Shown piece after piece: positions 29,216-43,725 of a stretch of DNA of 64,000 bases. The translations under genes and the position numbers were made by a program. The notes beneath the pieces were generated by a model that saw only the letters and a program-made list of their open reading frames with translations, had not been told where the DNA came from and ran no database searches. Position 1 is the first letter of the stretch, and each line of letters begins with the position of its first letter. The DNA lies in contig OX597833.1 in the NCBI GenBank assembly GCA_951406725.2, positions 66,030,001 through 66,094,000 of the forward strand, written 5' to 3'. Origin of the DNA: Octopus vulgaris. Lineage: Eukaryota.

Positions 29216-30102
29216 TGCATGTATAATGCATATATGTGTGTATCTGAATGTATGTACGTACACACACAGGAATAAATAAATATATATAGATATATAGATA
29301 TATAGATATATATAATATACGCATGTATATGTATGTGTGCGCGTATGTGTGTACGTATAATATGTGTGTGTGTGGTTGTAGTAATTTTTGTCAGTGTGTA
29401 TACACCTTAGCTTACAACGTGATTAATTCATTAATTCAATAATATGGGATATTGCTTTAGATTTATTTGTTTATTTTTTGTATTCTTCTCATTAAAGATG
29501 TGAGATAGAAACTGTCAGATTGCTGATACATAATCAAATAGAACTAAACGGAATTAAGGAATTTATCTCTTTATCCCGTGTAATTGAAATTTCGTTTCTC
29601 ACACCACTCTTCCAAAATTTGCCTTTATGTACCGAAAATTCTCTATGTTCTCAGTACATAGTGAGGAAGTCATACTTAAAAGGACAACCCGTGAAAGACC
29701 ACCCTGAAGATATAAAACAATTTATGAAATTGTTTTATGTCCTGAAATAACCAACAATACAGAAAAACAAAAGATCCGATATATTCTCTCCCTGTCGACA
29801 CCGGCAATAATTCATATATTTATAAATATTATATCATCCGCATTAACAAAATGTTAGACGTTATTTTCCGCATTCTAATAATATAATATACGAACCATTT
29901 CTTTTACTTAAGATGAAAATGTGCAGTTCGAGGGATATTTTGATGCCATTTCTAACATGTCAAACAAACTTGTAGAAGTTCACATTTTAAAAGTGTACAT
30001 AAAAGATAAGAAAAAAGAGAACTGCTAATGTTTCCAGCAAGTTGACTTTCGAACAATAAATCGAAATACAGTTTATTCATTATATATATGTGTGTGTAGA
30101 TA

Positions 30103-30164
<62 letters not shown>

Positions 30165-31457
30165 TAATGTAGGATAAATATTTTTCGAAAAAAAAAAATT
30201 TTATCAATGGCCAGCATATTAAAAAATACCTTTAAAGGTTAAATTTATAAATAACTTATAAAATAAGGGCAAAAGAAAAGTTCTAATGCCAAATATGCCG
30301 AAAATAGACAAATTGTCAATAACCATTATAATTTATGCGTCTCAAAACAAGTCGAAAGTAATTTCTAAAAAAATTCCATTATTACCGTATTGCTTCTAAT
30401 TTCAGAGTTAATTCACAAGAATTTTCTCCTCCTCAGCGATAAATACGTAAGACATAAATGAAATACTTACTCATGCCCATGGAAAAAGCAAGCAATAACT
30501 CCTGAGCAGACCTAAGTACCCCAAATATATCTAAAATAGAAAATATTCAGTACATCTCGAGACACGTGTGATTCGAACTAGAAACTTTCACAGAGTGAGA
30601 GAGTCCGGAAGTAAACACTATTAAATTTACATCTAATGAAGGATAAAATTTTTTCGTAAAAAAAATGTTATCAATGGCCAGCATATTAAAAAATAGATAG
30701 ATAGAGAGCGTGTGTGTGTATATAGGTATGTGTATGCAAGTATGTGTAGCTGCATATTAATTATATACAAATAATAAGATTGAGTTATATTCATATTATA
30801 TATATATGATACCGTATGTTTCACTGAGTAATATTTCTTAAGAGGATGTGCCGTGTAAGCATATTCGTGAGTATGTCTGTGTATAAGTATGTTTGTACAT
30901 ATATGTATGAATATACGCATAAATACATATCTGTGTATACATATATATGCATGTATATATATATATACATATATATATAGATATATAGATATATATATAT
31001 GCATATATATACACAAAACACACACGCACATATATATTGAAATACATTTATAGATACAATTACATATATTTGTGTGTGAGTGTGTGTATATGTGCTTCAT
31101 TATGCGTATATTACAGTATCATCTTTAATTATATTTGTATATTTGTATATACACGTGCATATATATATGTGTGTGTATGCGTGTGTGTGTATGTCTGTAT
31201 ACATATACACATATATATGTATATATATACATACATATATATATATATGCTTACATTTATACATACATATATATGCGTACGTATAAATGTATATATATAT
31301 ACATACATATATACATATATACATATATATATACATATGTATTTATGTATGTATGTATGATATATACAAATATATTATGTATGTATATACAATTTATATA
31401 TACATATATACAATATATATATATAGATAAGCGGTTATCATGCATAATGTGTGTATG

Positions 31458-31604
<147 letters not shown>

Positions 31605-32196
31605 GCAGACAGACAGACAAACAGACATATAGTTAAATAGCGATAGAGAAGGAGTAGATAAAGAGGGGTGAGACTTATAAAACTATGCGGAAATGAAATT
31701 ATTCGAGTATCAAAGCCGATATATCGATTCCTGACGTCAGATTACAAAGAGACATTTAAAATCTAAACCAAAAGGCAACAACATAAACAACATCAATACC
31801 ACAATATATATATGTATATATATATATGTATGTATGTATTAAATTGTTGTAGTTTTTTGTGGGTTTTTTGTTGCTTTTTTGGCAGAGAAAGTGGTCGTTG
31901 GGAATCTGGAGTAATTATATTTAAAATATAGACAATTTTCGAAGCACTAAATTTATGAAGAGGAATAGGGGAAAAAATATTACTTCGGTTGTCATTTATT
32001 AAATCAGGGGAGAATAAAATTTGAGAATTTAGTGGATGAAGTTCAAAGTTGAATTTTAATATAGATTGCTTTAATTTCGAGGATTAAATCTTAATCTAAT
32101 TTAAGTAGCTAATTTTGACCAGCCTCATTTCGTATTCACATAAATAAAAGTTACACAATTTAAGGAGTTGGTAAGGATAAGAATGAGGGAATTTTA

Positions 32197-32266
<70 letters not shown>

Positions 32267-32405
32267 ATATATGTATATATATAATGTACAAATATATAAA
32301 TGTATGTATACTTATATATGTAAGATATATGTTTATATATATACATATATATTCATATATATACATATAGATGTATACATATATATTATATATATATTGG
32401 ATGTA

Positions 32406-32439
<34 letters not shown>

Positions 32440-32736
32440 CATAGTAATATATTGCATATATATTATATATATATATGAACCTTTATATATAATGTATACA
32501 TATATAAATATACTCACATGATTGTACATGCGTGTGTATGTGGGTATCTGTGTGTATGTACACGTATATGTGTGCGTATGTGTATACATGTATATACGTA
32601 TATATGTGTGTATAAATGTTTCTGTTTATATGTGTGTATATTTATAGATGCATACATGTGCGTGTGTGTATGTGTGCATGTCTATTTGTGTGTGTGTGTG
32701 TGTGTCTCTCTCTCTATATATATATACATATATTGC

Positions 32737-32778
<42 letters not shown>

Positions 32779-32785
32779 CATGGAG

Positions 32786-32828
<43 letters not shown>

Positions 32829-32846
32829 GATAGATAGATAGATAGG

Positions 32847-32919
<73 letters not shown>

Positions 32920-33128
32920 GATAGATAGATAGATAGATATAACAAAATTTCCATGAATCCCTGATGATTTAAATAATGAATCAAATACACTTGTGAAATT
33001 ATCTATTAATAAATTAAAACCGAATACTTGAGTTATTCGAGTTACGAAGCATTCAGGTATAATAATCCGTGTTCACACATGTAAGTGCATCTTAATTACA
33101 CACATACGCACACACACACGCACACACA

Positions 33129-33199
<71 letters not shown>

Positions 33200-33220
33200 A
33201 TGTGTGTATGTATGTATATA

Positions 33221-33297
<77 letters not shown>

Positions 33298-33551
33298 ACG
33301 GTTGTGTGTATATATATAATTATTGTATTTACTTATATCGGAGCGCGTTGTGTGATGTATAAATGTTAGATGTTGAAAATATTTTAGGTATGTTAAACAT
33401 TTATTAAAATCTCATCTGATTTGAAACTCGGTACGAAATGTTGAGTCAAAATTCATGTATATTTCCAGTACAGCATAAATATATTCGTCTCCCATTCACA
33501 AAGGGAAAATGTAATAATAATCTTGATGAACTGCTACGTCGAAACTTGTGA

Positions 33552-34640
33552 GTATCAGATCATCCCAGAAGTTCTGTTCGATTTTACCTTTGTCAAAATT
33601 GAATGAAATTTAATAGTATTTTAAAATGTCTGATGGAATTCAAATTTATTTTTATGCATTTGTGTACATATAAACTAATTAAATATTATTTTACAGAATA
33701 ATAGAATTAAAATTTCTTTGATTAAATCCCTTTCTAACATGAAAGTATCCAAAGAGCATTTAAGGCACATAATGCTTTATGAGTTCAAAAAAGGAAACTC
33801 TGCAGCCGAAGTGACTCGAAACATACACTCAGCTTATGGGAAAGAATGCTTGAATGAAAGAACTTGCAGAAGATGGTTTGCAAAATTCAGAAGTGGAGAT
33901 TTCAGCCTTGAAGACGAAGATCGAACAGGACGTCCAGTTGAGTTTGATGATAAGCTCCTTGAGGCATTACTTAAAGTAAGTCCTGCATTATCAGTTGAAG
34001 AATTGGCAATAAAGCTTAGTTCTAACCATACAACTGTTCATCGTCATCTTCATCAACTTGGAAAGGTTCCAAAACTTGGAAAATGGGTGCCTCATGAATT
34101 GTTCGAAAGTAACCTCAAATCTGAGTTGATATCTGCTCTTCTCTCCATTCTCACAAACTCATTTCACCCTTTTTGGGTAGACTTGTGACTGGTGATGAAA
34201 AATGGATCTTCTATCGAAAGGTTAAATGTCGTAAACAGTGGCTTGGTGAAAGGGAAAAAGCGCAACCACAATCAAGAAGGTTCTTCTCTCTATCTGGTGG
34301 GATTGCAAAGGAGTAATTCACTTTGAATTGTTACCACTTATGCAACAATCAATGCTCAAGTCCACTGTCAGCAATTAGAGCGTTTGAACGAAGCTTTGAA
34401 GAAAAAAAGACCCTCTTTTGTGAAACGAAAAGGAGTGGTGTTTCATCAGGACAATGCGCGACCCCAAACTGCAAAGATCATATCAGAGAAGATCGAAGAG
34501 CTTGGTTGAAAAAAATTTCTCATCCACCTTATTCTCCCGACCTTGCTCCTTCAGACAACCATTTGTTTCGTAGTTTACAGAATCATTTGGGGGACATAAC
34601 TTTCGCAAGCCGGGAGGAGGTCCAGACTGACAATTCAGCT
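33552..34640 (+). mobile_element. Mariner (Mos1-like, DD34D) element, degenerate and lacking its right end
   Basis: Transposase remnants described in the next feature. The 5' boundary is approximate. Confidence 0.85.
33739..34640 (+). pseudogene. Mariner transposase pseudogene (frameshifts and deletions)
   Basis: MKVSKEHLRHIMLYEF, RRWFAKFRSGDFSLED..RTGRP, WVPHEL, VTGDEKW (about 34184), FHQDNA (34441) and HPPYSPDLAPSD.HLF occur in different frames. Confidence 0.92.
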
Positions 34641-35587
34641 TTTATTCAAGACTGGTTCAACCGATGCCAATGTTATAAGCAAAGCAGGATCGAACTCAGA
34701 ACCGCATTTGATACGAAGCTAACATACGACCACACACCCATACCTACACCCTTTAATCAAAGTAGACGGGAAGCAAAACAATGACAATAACAACAACAAC
34801 AATATAAGCAAGACATCAGTGAATGGTCTACATACTGCAATTATATATGTGAATGGTAAAAAGCGGTGTCCTTTGTCTATTGTTCCGTATGAAATTGAGT
34901 GCCGTTCGTATGAGCTGTCTGAAATGACCGGATTAAATATTCATGTATTGATATGTAAATGTCATATTTCAAACGAACTGATTATCTATATACTTTAAAG
35001 GGCTCGACAGTGTTCAAATATGTATTGTGTGTGTGTGTGTATGTGTATGTGTGGGAGGCGTATGTGTATGTGTGTGTGTGCGTGTGTGTGTGTAAATATA
35101 TATGTATGTACATGTTTATGTATATATGTATATAGATAGATGTAAAGAAAGATAAATAGATGTACGTGCATGTGATGCACGTGCCCATACATATATACGT
35201 GTGTATATATAGTATATGTATATGTGCATGTATATATATATACATACATACATACATACGTATGTGTACACATATATATACATACATATATGTGTGCTCA
35301 TATATATTGAGGGATGTACATGTATATATATATATATACATATGTATGTATGTATGTATGTATGTATGTGTGAGTACAGATATATTCACATATCGATATA
35401 TGAACATGAAAGCATTATATATGTGTATGTGTGTAAAGTGATTTCTATACATATACATGTATATATATATATGTTTGTATGTACTCACACATACACATAT
35501 ATATATTCATATCTACAAATGTATACATATAAATATACATACACACACATATGTGCATATATATATATAAATATACATATATATATG

Positions 35588-35636
<49 letters not shown>

Positions 35637-36258
35637 GTATATACATACATACATATATATGCATATACACACACAAACGTACACATGTATGTACATTCCT
35701 ATATTTGCCCACACACACACACATTCACTCACATACAGTCACGTGTATGGGCGCGTGTCTGTGTTTGAGCGTCAGAGTGTGAGCGTGTTATTCATGGAAA
35801 TTCTTTATATGAATTGAGATCTCATAAAAATTTTTCGTTGAATCTCATTAAATATTAACGTAAATCTAAATCTTAACAGATTTCGATTTGCTTTCAGTTC
35901 ACGTTTGAAATATCTTCACAGCTAAAGACATTGAAAGAGTATCGAAGCGGAGTTGTTGGCGTGAGCAGTGGAGGTATTTAAATGAAATGAAATTTGGTAT
36001 TCGTACCATTAGGTGAGGATGTTCGTAGTCGGAACATGAGACTTTGTACGTTTTAAACAGCAGGTCTGCTTTACCGTTTATATTGCACTATCTTAATAGT
36101 GGATAAAATTTTTAAGAAGCAATCCTGATGCGATTTTTCGAAGATCCAATCCGGAACTTTATTCGCAGTCTGCCTTGTTTGAAAAACCTAGAATGAAAAA
36201 GACGTGGCTAGAAGATGTTAATTATTTGTTTGCAGTGAGCTTCTAGAAATTAAGATTG

Positions 36259-36570
36259 CTAAGATGGCGAACTGGCAGGATCGTTAGCAAAGCATTTTTT
36301 TCCGGCGTCCTAAAGATTCTGCCAGCTCGCCGCCATCTTTAGTTCCTCATATTCTTTTCTACTCTAGGCACAAGGCCCGAAATTTTGAAGGGAGGGGCTA
36401 GTCGATTAGATCGACCCCAGTACGTAACTGGTACTTATTTCATCGTTCCCCAGGAAGGCTGAAAGACAAAGTCGACCTCGACGGAATTTGAACTCAGAAC
36501 GTAAAGACGGACGAAATGCAGCTAAGCATTTTGTCCGCCGTCCTAACGATTCTGACAGCTCGCCGCCATC
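36259..36570 (-). mobile_element. SINE-A (tail type 2, about 36350-36568) preceded by inverted head fragments
   Basis: Full minus copy. 36259-36341 contains two head fragments in opposite orientation. Confidence 0.8.
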
Positions 36571-37902
36571 TTTAGCTCCTCTTATTAACAAAAAAAAAAG
36601 AACAATGGTTATTATTCTTGGTTCGGGATACGTTGAATAACGAATTTCTTCGTATAAAGAGTCTGATTTTCTTTGTTTTGCACAGCATGGTCAAACAACT
36701 ACATCAGTTATCTTCGACTCGGGATACGTTGCAATGCTAATTTCTTCGTATGAAGGTGATTCTCTTTTCTTTTCTTTTTTTGTTTTTTTTTTTTGTTTTC
36801 TGTTTGCCCATCATGGCAACATGACAATATCAATTAGACAATGTCCTTACCGATATTTACACACTATTAAACAACCTGTTCCCATTTCTCATGCTAATTA
36901 TATCTATGTCAAACGTAATAAATTGCCAGGTGTAATCTGTGTAACATCTTAATGAAGGGCGATACGTAGTGCTGCACTTCTGATACCATTGAAAACTCTT
37001 CGACCCATCATTCTTGTCAATTCGACTTTCAATCATATCATCTCTCTTCCATCATCTCTGCTATTATTCATCGCAATCGTTGCTATACGAAGGATTAATT
37101 CTCTGATTAACCATCTTTGAAATTAATCACGCAGCAATTATCTTGGTACTTCACAGAAAAATATTCGTTTTCCTTTTATTACCAATGAACAAAGCCCAAC
37201 AAAATAATTGAGTGATGTGCAACACGAACACGTCTAATTAGTCTTGTTTAAATGAACATATGTACTATTTAATAATAGTATTGTTATAACAGTCATTATC
37301 AATACTGTTTAGTTATTCAAGCTTCACAATGATTTTTGTGACATGAAACAGAATTTCGTTGAAAGGATTTCCAGATCAAAACAACTTCTTTCTCTTGTCA
37401 TATTAGACAAGTATTGTTTTTAGTTGTAGCTAAAAATACCACGTTGAATTCAGAAAATGTTACATTCTATTGTGAAAATATTAAAGAGTTCTTTCTCTCA
37501 CTTCCTCTCTCATTCTCTCTCTCACCCCGCGTATGTGTGTACGTGTGTGTGTGTGTTTCTTTCTCTTGAGAAAAGGAGTGAGAGACAGAAGGGGAAATTA
37601 AAACTTGGAATTCTAATTAAACAGCAAATCAATAGTTTTATTTTTCGTTATCTGGTTTGTTTGTTATTTTTTTCCATACAAACAATAACAGAAGTATCGT
37701 CTGCCTATCACTAACTTACGTATAAACAAAACAGTTACTTTTAAATCATTGTTAACATAGAGATGATATGTTTAATGGAAAGAATATAAAAGACTTACGA
37801 GAATAATTATTCGGTGTGGAAATACATATTCTGATTAAAGTAAAAATCAGCGGTTGTCGTTCGGGATTCATATTAGATTTGGATGTGCAATAAATTGGCA
37901 AT

Positions 37903-38146
37903 GGCCGACTTTGCCTTTCATCCTTTCGGGGTCGATCAATTAAGTAGCACTTGCGTACCGGGGGTGATCTAATCGACTGGCCCCCTCCTCAAAAATTTCG
38001 GGCGCATTTATTTATTATTAAATGTGAAGATAAAGGATCTACAGAAATTAGTGTTACTTGGAACTGCTCGAATCCTCAGCAAAGTTCTCGATATCCAATT
38101 GTTACTACTCATCGTAGAGCAGACCTTGATGGTGATGGTAGAAAAG
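37903..38146 (+). mobile_element. SINE-A (tail type 2) carrying a captured fragment of about 140 bp
   Basis: Core at 37905-38002 and tail end TAGAAAAGAAT at about 38139. TSD AATAAATTGGC (37889-37899 and 38147-38157). Confidence 0.75.
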
Positions 38147-38398
38147 AATAAATTGGCTATAATTCTACAATATACAAAATATTTTTATTACAGGCGCAGG
38201 CGTAGCTGAGTAGTAAGATGTTTGCTCCCACCAACCATATTGTCGACCTCTGTAGCATTTGAACTCAGAACGTAAACAGTTGGAAGAAATGCTGTTTAGC
38301 TTTTTTGTCCGATGAGAATGACACGTAAGACTCTGCAATAAGCAAAAGCGAAGAATCGATCCCGCCATTTCTCTGATTACTCAGTTCTTGAAAAATCC

Positions 38399-38503
<105 letters not shown>

Positions 38504-39029
38504 CGGTGAAACAGTGGTGTTTATTACGCAATAGGAAGATTCTTCGAAACACTTCAAAAGTACTGAGAATAATTCGTGTAGATTGGCACCAAAAATGGTG
38601 TATGACAATTATCTGGCTACAATAATTTGGGATGCGTCCAGATATCATAATGAAAAACGAGAATGGAATTTGACGCCATCTCATAGATCGTCTCCGTCTA
38701 TTCTCACACAAGAAAAGACCATAACAAGATGAAGATAAGATCCCCGAGTATCTTACAAAATACAATAGGAGAGTAAAGATTGGTAGCAATGACAATCAGT
38801 GAGTTATGAATGATATAAAAGAAGTTATGAAAAGAAAGTTTTTTTTTAGAAAATAGTCTTACGGAAATCAAAGCAATGAGCGAGCATCCGCGTAGTCACT
38901 AAACCTCCGAGAAGTAGCAACCAAATCTCCCTCAAATAACATCGAATCTTCTTTAGAATGAACATTGACGTGTTCGTTTTAATGGGATTCTTGTTTCCCT
39001 GCAAAGATGGCAAATAAAGACCACGTTTA

Positions 39030-39657
39030 AGGCGGCGAGCTGGCAGAATCGTTAGCACGCCGGGCGAAGTGCGTAGCTGTATTTCGTCTGCCGTTACGTT
39101 CTGAGTTTAAATTCTGCCGAGGTCGACTTTGCCTTTCATCCTTTCGAGGTCGATAAATTAAGTACCAGTTACGCACTGGGGTCGATAAATTAAGTACCAC
39201 TTGCGCACTGAGGTCGATGTAATCGGCTTAATCCATTTGTCTGTCCTTGTTTGTCCCCTCTGTGTTTAGCCCCTTGTGGGCAGTAAAGAAATAGGTATTT
39301 CGTCTGCCGCTACGTTCTGAGTTCAAATTCCGCCGAGGTCGACTTTGCCTTTCATCCTTTCGGGGTCGATTAAATAAGTACCAGTTACGCACTGGGGTCG
39401 ATATAATCGACTTAATCCGTTTGTCTGTCATTGTTTGTCCTCTCTGTGTTTAGCCCCTTGTGTAGTAAAGAAATAGGTATTTCGTCTGCTGCTACGTTCT
39501 GATTTCAAATTCCGCCGAGGTCGAATTTGCCTTTCATCCTTTCAGGGTCGATTAAATAAGTACCAGTTACGCACTGGGGTCGATAAATTATCGACATAAT
39601 ATGTTTGTCCTTGTTTGTCCCCTCTGTGTGTAGCCCCTTGTGGACAGTAAAGAAATA
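39030..39657 (+). mobile_element. SINE-A trimer (one full unit and two 5'-truncated units)
   Basis: tRNA-like head (TGGCAGAATCG and GAGTTCAAATTC boxes), Meta-like core GTCGACTTTGCCTTTCATCCTTTCGGGGTCGA, and 16-bp TSD AAATAAAGACCACGTT (39012-39027 and 39658-39673). Confidence 0.9.
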
Positions 39658-40232
39658 AAATAAAGACCACGTTATTTAGCCTACTTATTTTCAAGGATAT
39701 AAGATGTTTCTGTGAAAGATTTGGTTGTTAAGCCTTGACAGGTTAGTCACGGTAGGATTGTTTCTGACTCTGTATCTGTCCGATCAGTGAGTTCTGTGAA
39801 ATCATGTCCTACCATTTAAGAAAAGGACACATTTAGCAATATAGACCTAGATACACAAGGCAGGTGGCATAGTCACAACTGGAACAACTTTAGTTCCTGG
39901 AACTACTCAGCCAGAACTGACCTAGGGTTAAACAGCAACAATACAGAAGCCTATATGCGGTCGCCCATCATGCTAGAAATTGAAATGAGTCTCCCTCAAA
40001 TAACATCCCATCTTAAAAATAGACACGTTGCATAAGGGAATCCTTGTTTCCTAGCACATACGGAAAGACAGAAAGGTCATGGTTGGACCGCTTTTCATTA
40101 TATATCTATAGGTCTATTTGATTAGAGAATTCTCAGAAACAATCTTTTGCCCTTTACAAAGAGGAGGTATTTAACAATATTGCCCTAGATGTAAAAAATA
40201 AAGGCAGGATCGCCACAAGTGGAACATCTTTG

Positions 40233-40340
40233 GCATTTTGGGCAAGTGGCTTCTGCTATAGCCCCGGGCCGACCAATGCCATGTGAGTGGATTTGGTAGA
40301 CGGAAACTGAAAGAAGCCTGTCGTATATATGTATATATAT

Positions 40341-40374
<34 letters not shown>

Positions 40375-40585
40375 TTGTCCCCCCAACATCGCTTGACAAC
40401 CGATGCTGGTGTGTTTACGTCCCCGTCACTTAGCAGTTCGGCAAAAAGAGACCGATAGAATAAGTACTGGGCTTACAAAGAATAAGTCCCGAGGTCGATT
40501 TGCTCGACTAAAGGCGGTGCTCCAGCATGGCCGCAGTCAAATGACTGAAACAAATAAGAGAGTAAAAGAGTAAAAGAGAGTAAGA
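40233..40585 (+). mobile_element. SINE-B body, internal microsatellite and 3' tail
   Basis: TTGGGCAAGT...GGATTTGGTAGACGGAAACTGAAAGAAGCC, then (TA)(TG)n, then tail ...CAGCATGGCCGCAGTCAAATGACTGAAACA. Tail homologues at 3170-3430 (-) and 50660-50895 (+). Confidence 0.8.
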
Positions 40586-40811
40586 GATGAACTGGTGTTA
40601 AATAGCAACAATAGAGAAGTCATCTATGAAGTAACTCGAACTGCTAGAATTAACAGTCAAATTCTCTTTAATCATAGCTTTCCACATAAAAACCCGCAGC
40701 TTCAAACGGCAATGTACAAAAAGACCGCCGACTAGTGGCTGGTACGCCGTTCGTAAGAGCACATTAGTTCCCGACTGACCAAGGGTTTAACAACAAGAAA
40801 TCAAACTGAAT

Positions 40812-41267
40812 ATTGGCTCCAAATTTTGGCACAAGGCCAGCAATTTCGGAGAAGGGGAAAGTCTATTGTATTGAGACACACCTCCCTGTGCACAACAGAT
40901 ACTTAGTAGATCGGCCTTGAAAAGATGAAAGGCAAAGTAGACCCCAGCGGAATTTGAACTCTGAACTTAAAGACGGACGAAATGTCGCAAAGCACTTCGA
41001 CCGGCGTGGTAATGATTCTGTCATCTCACCGCTTTACATCAAACTGATTATCGTTTTCAAATTTTAGCACAAGGCCTGTACTTTCGGGGTGGGGGGGAGG
41101 CAAGTCAATTACATCGACCCCAGTGCTCAACTGGTGCTTATTTTATAGACCCTAAGAGAAAGAAACGTAAAGTCGAACTTGGCGGAATTTGAACTCAGAA
41201 CGTAAAGCCGAACGAAATGTCGCTAAGCACTTTGACCGGCGTGCTAATAATCCTGTCAGTTCGCCGC
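40812..41267 (-). mobile_element. Two adjacent SINE-A copies (tail type 2)
   Basis: Two units of about 220 bp, each with the AATTTGAACTC B-box complement and CACAAGGCC tail. Confidence 0.8.
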
Positions 41268-42153
41268 TCTTTATATCAAAGTGAATATTAACTTCGTTAA
41301 TCTCATCTTGTTCTTACATCTCCCACCATCCTTCCTTCTTTCCTTCCTTCCTGCAGTCTTGGAGAACTTGAGATGTATATGGCCACAGCATCCTCATTCA
41401 CAATTTCACTAACAAATTGTAATCTCTCTTCCGGATGGTTTGTTACCTTCATCAGGATATCGAGAAGTTTCGTTCAGACGAAGTTGAACTTATTCAATAG
41501 AAGTTGCCTTTCTAAAGATGGCGCACCAAATTAATTCATCGCTCGGCTTTTGAAAAACGTCGCTCAGAAAAGTCCTTTGTAGATATTTATACTTAAATAT
41601 AAATCTATATGGAACTAACTTTTAAGAACTCTTGTAGAATTCTCACAGAACTGATTACATCGGCTTTCAAATGTATTATCCATGTATAATTAATCATTAG
41701 AAGCATTCTGTGGCTCTTTTAGTTAAATCTGGCAGATAATTTAAAATACAATTAATTCTTTACCAATTACACCAACAATGGAGTATAACAAATTCATACC
41801 TTCATACATACATACATACGTGTGTATATATGTGTGTGTATGCGTATTTATAAATGTATGCGTTCGTTTCCAACGGTCTTTCTTTTCTCTTAGCAAAGCT
41901 GCTGCGGCCGTCGTTGAATGCTTTGAGAAAGCCAATTCTTTTGTAAGCCACGCATCGTTACATCATTGAAAAGTCGCCCCTCTTTCTCCATAAAGATCGG
42001 TAATCGATTAATAAATTCTTTGACACACAATTACTTGAGTGAAGTTTTTAAACACCGCTCGATATGTACATACACAATAGATTAATAAAGACATTGTCAG
42101 CTTTTCATATTAATTTGTCTTTATCTATGAATCAATCTACATACAGACATACA

Positions 42154-42230
<77 letters not shown>

Positions 42231-42427
42231 ATCTGTGTGTCTACTTCTGTCTACCTCCATCTAACCATCACCTTCTATCGTACTCTCTCTAACTATCCAA
42301 CCTTGTCAATATAGCGCTATCTGTTTTTATATCGCTATAGCGCCTCTCCAAAATTCTGCCTCTCTATCTATCTAATTACCTATCTAGCTAGCTATATGTC
42401 TGCCTGCGTATTTATCTATCCTTATAG

Positions 42428-42467
<40 letters not shown>

Positions 42468-42579
42468 GTAGATATATACATATATATAAATATATAAATA
42501 TATATGTATATACATACATATATACAAATATATAAATATATATGTATACATAATACAAATATATATATATATATATATG

Positions 42580-42626
<47 letters not shown>

Positions 42627-43138
42627 TCATTGATATCTCCTCTCTAATTTTTCCTCTCTCTTTCAATACATATATATACACATATGTATATATACATATA
42701 TATATATACAGATATAGATATTCATATATGCATGTATGTATATATACATACACACATATGTATATATATCACGCTCTGCATCTCCTTTTCTTGATATATA
42801 TATATATATACATACATACATATTTTCTACAAGGTAGATATCTAATTTAATATCCGGAATACTCGTCTACCCGAAGTAGTTTTGTCATAGTCTATAAAAC
42901 AAACTGAAAGATGCAAAGGTAAGAATAAAATATTTAGTATGGAGACAGGAACCGAATTATGTAATCCTGCTAATAGAAACTACCAATATTCCCAACAAAG
43001 GTTACAACTATCACCACCACCACCACCACCACCACCACCACCGCCGCCGCCACCGACGCCGCTTCAGCTGCCGATTCCATGACTACTATTGCTATGACTA
43101 CAAGTGCTACTGCTGGTTCATAATTGGTTGGTATATAT

Positions 43139-43182
<44 letters not shown>

Positions 43183-43199
43183 CATATATTCAAAAGATA

Positions 43200-43725
43200 A
43201 AATCAGTGAAAATGGCCGTCGACAATATAGAAAATAACAAAGAAAAAAGGCAAGCCTGTACACGACCAATATCCTGCAAGAATCGGCTGAAAGGAAGTAA
43301 GTCAGAATGAATGCCAAACAATGGCTGAAAAGCTGCGAACTAAAAGCAGAAACTGAAGGTTGGGTTTGATTTTTGGTTTGTCTTTTTGTGTGTGTTTTCT
43401 TTTTTTTTTTTTTTGTAGATTACTTTTTTGTTATGCCTGCAAAGTATCAATGCTTAGCCATATATAAATAAAATTCTATAACAAAAAAGTAAAAAGCATA
43501 AAATAATGAGCCTTCTTTCTACTACCATTCGTAATCGTAGACTGTAGACTATACAATCAACAGAGTCTACACAAAGAAACAAATGACCGCTTATTGATCT
43601 ACGTTGTCCCGTTCCTTGCAAAGACAAAATACATTCAAAGACATGTTTGGGTAGACAACTATGTCTATTGGGCGATGTGCCAGCAATTCAACATGAAAAA
43701 CTGAAAAAACATGGTTATAAGCTTG
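43200..43725 (+). mobile_element. R4/Dong-like LINE internal fragment (post-RT region and CCHC finger), degenerate
   Basis: Translates as QWLKSCELKAETEG (about 43320-43360) and CPFLAKTKYIQRH....YVYWAMCQQF (about 43605-43690), matching the R4/Dong WL..G.LK.ETE and Y..RH..V...IHW.LC pattern. Confidence 0.7.

Noticed and set aside
39030-39657. CRISPR-like or satellite interpretation of the tandem units
   Set aside because: The units are SINE copies of about 183 bp with no unique spacers, there are no cas genes, and the context is eukaryotic.
41425-41458. Minus-strand CTGATGAAGGT...ACC hammerhead candidate, and nearby acceptor-like site at about 41355
   Set aside because: No GAAA follows the short stem, and I see no supporting ORF or donor site for an exon.
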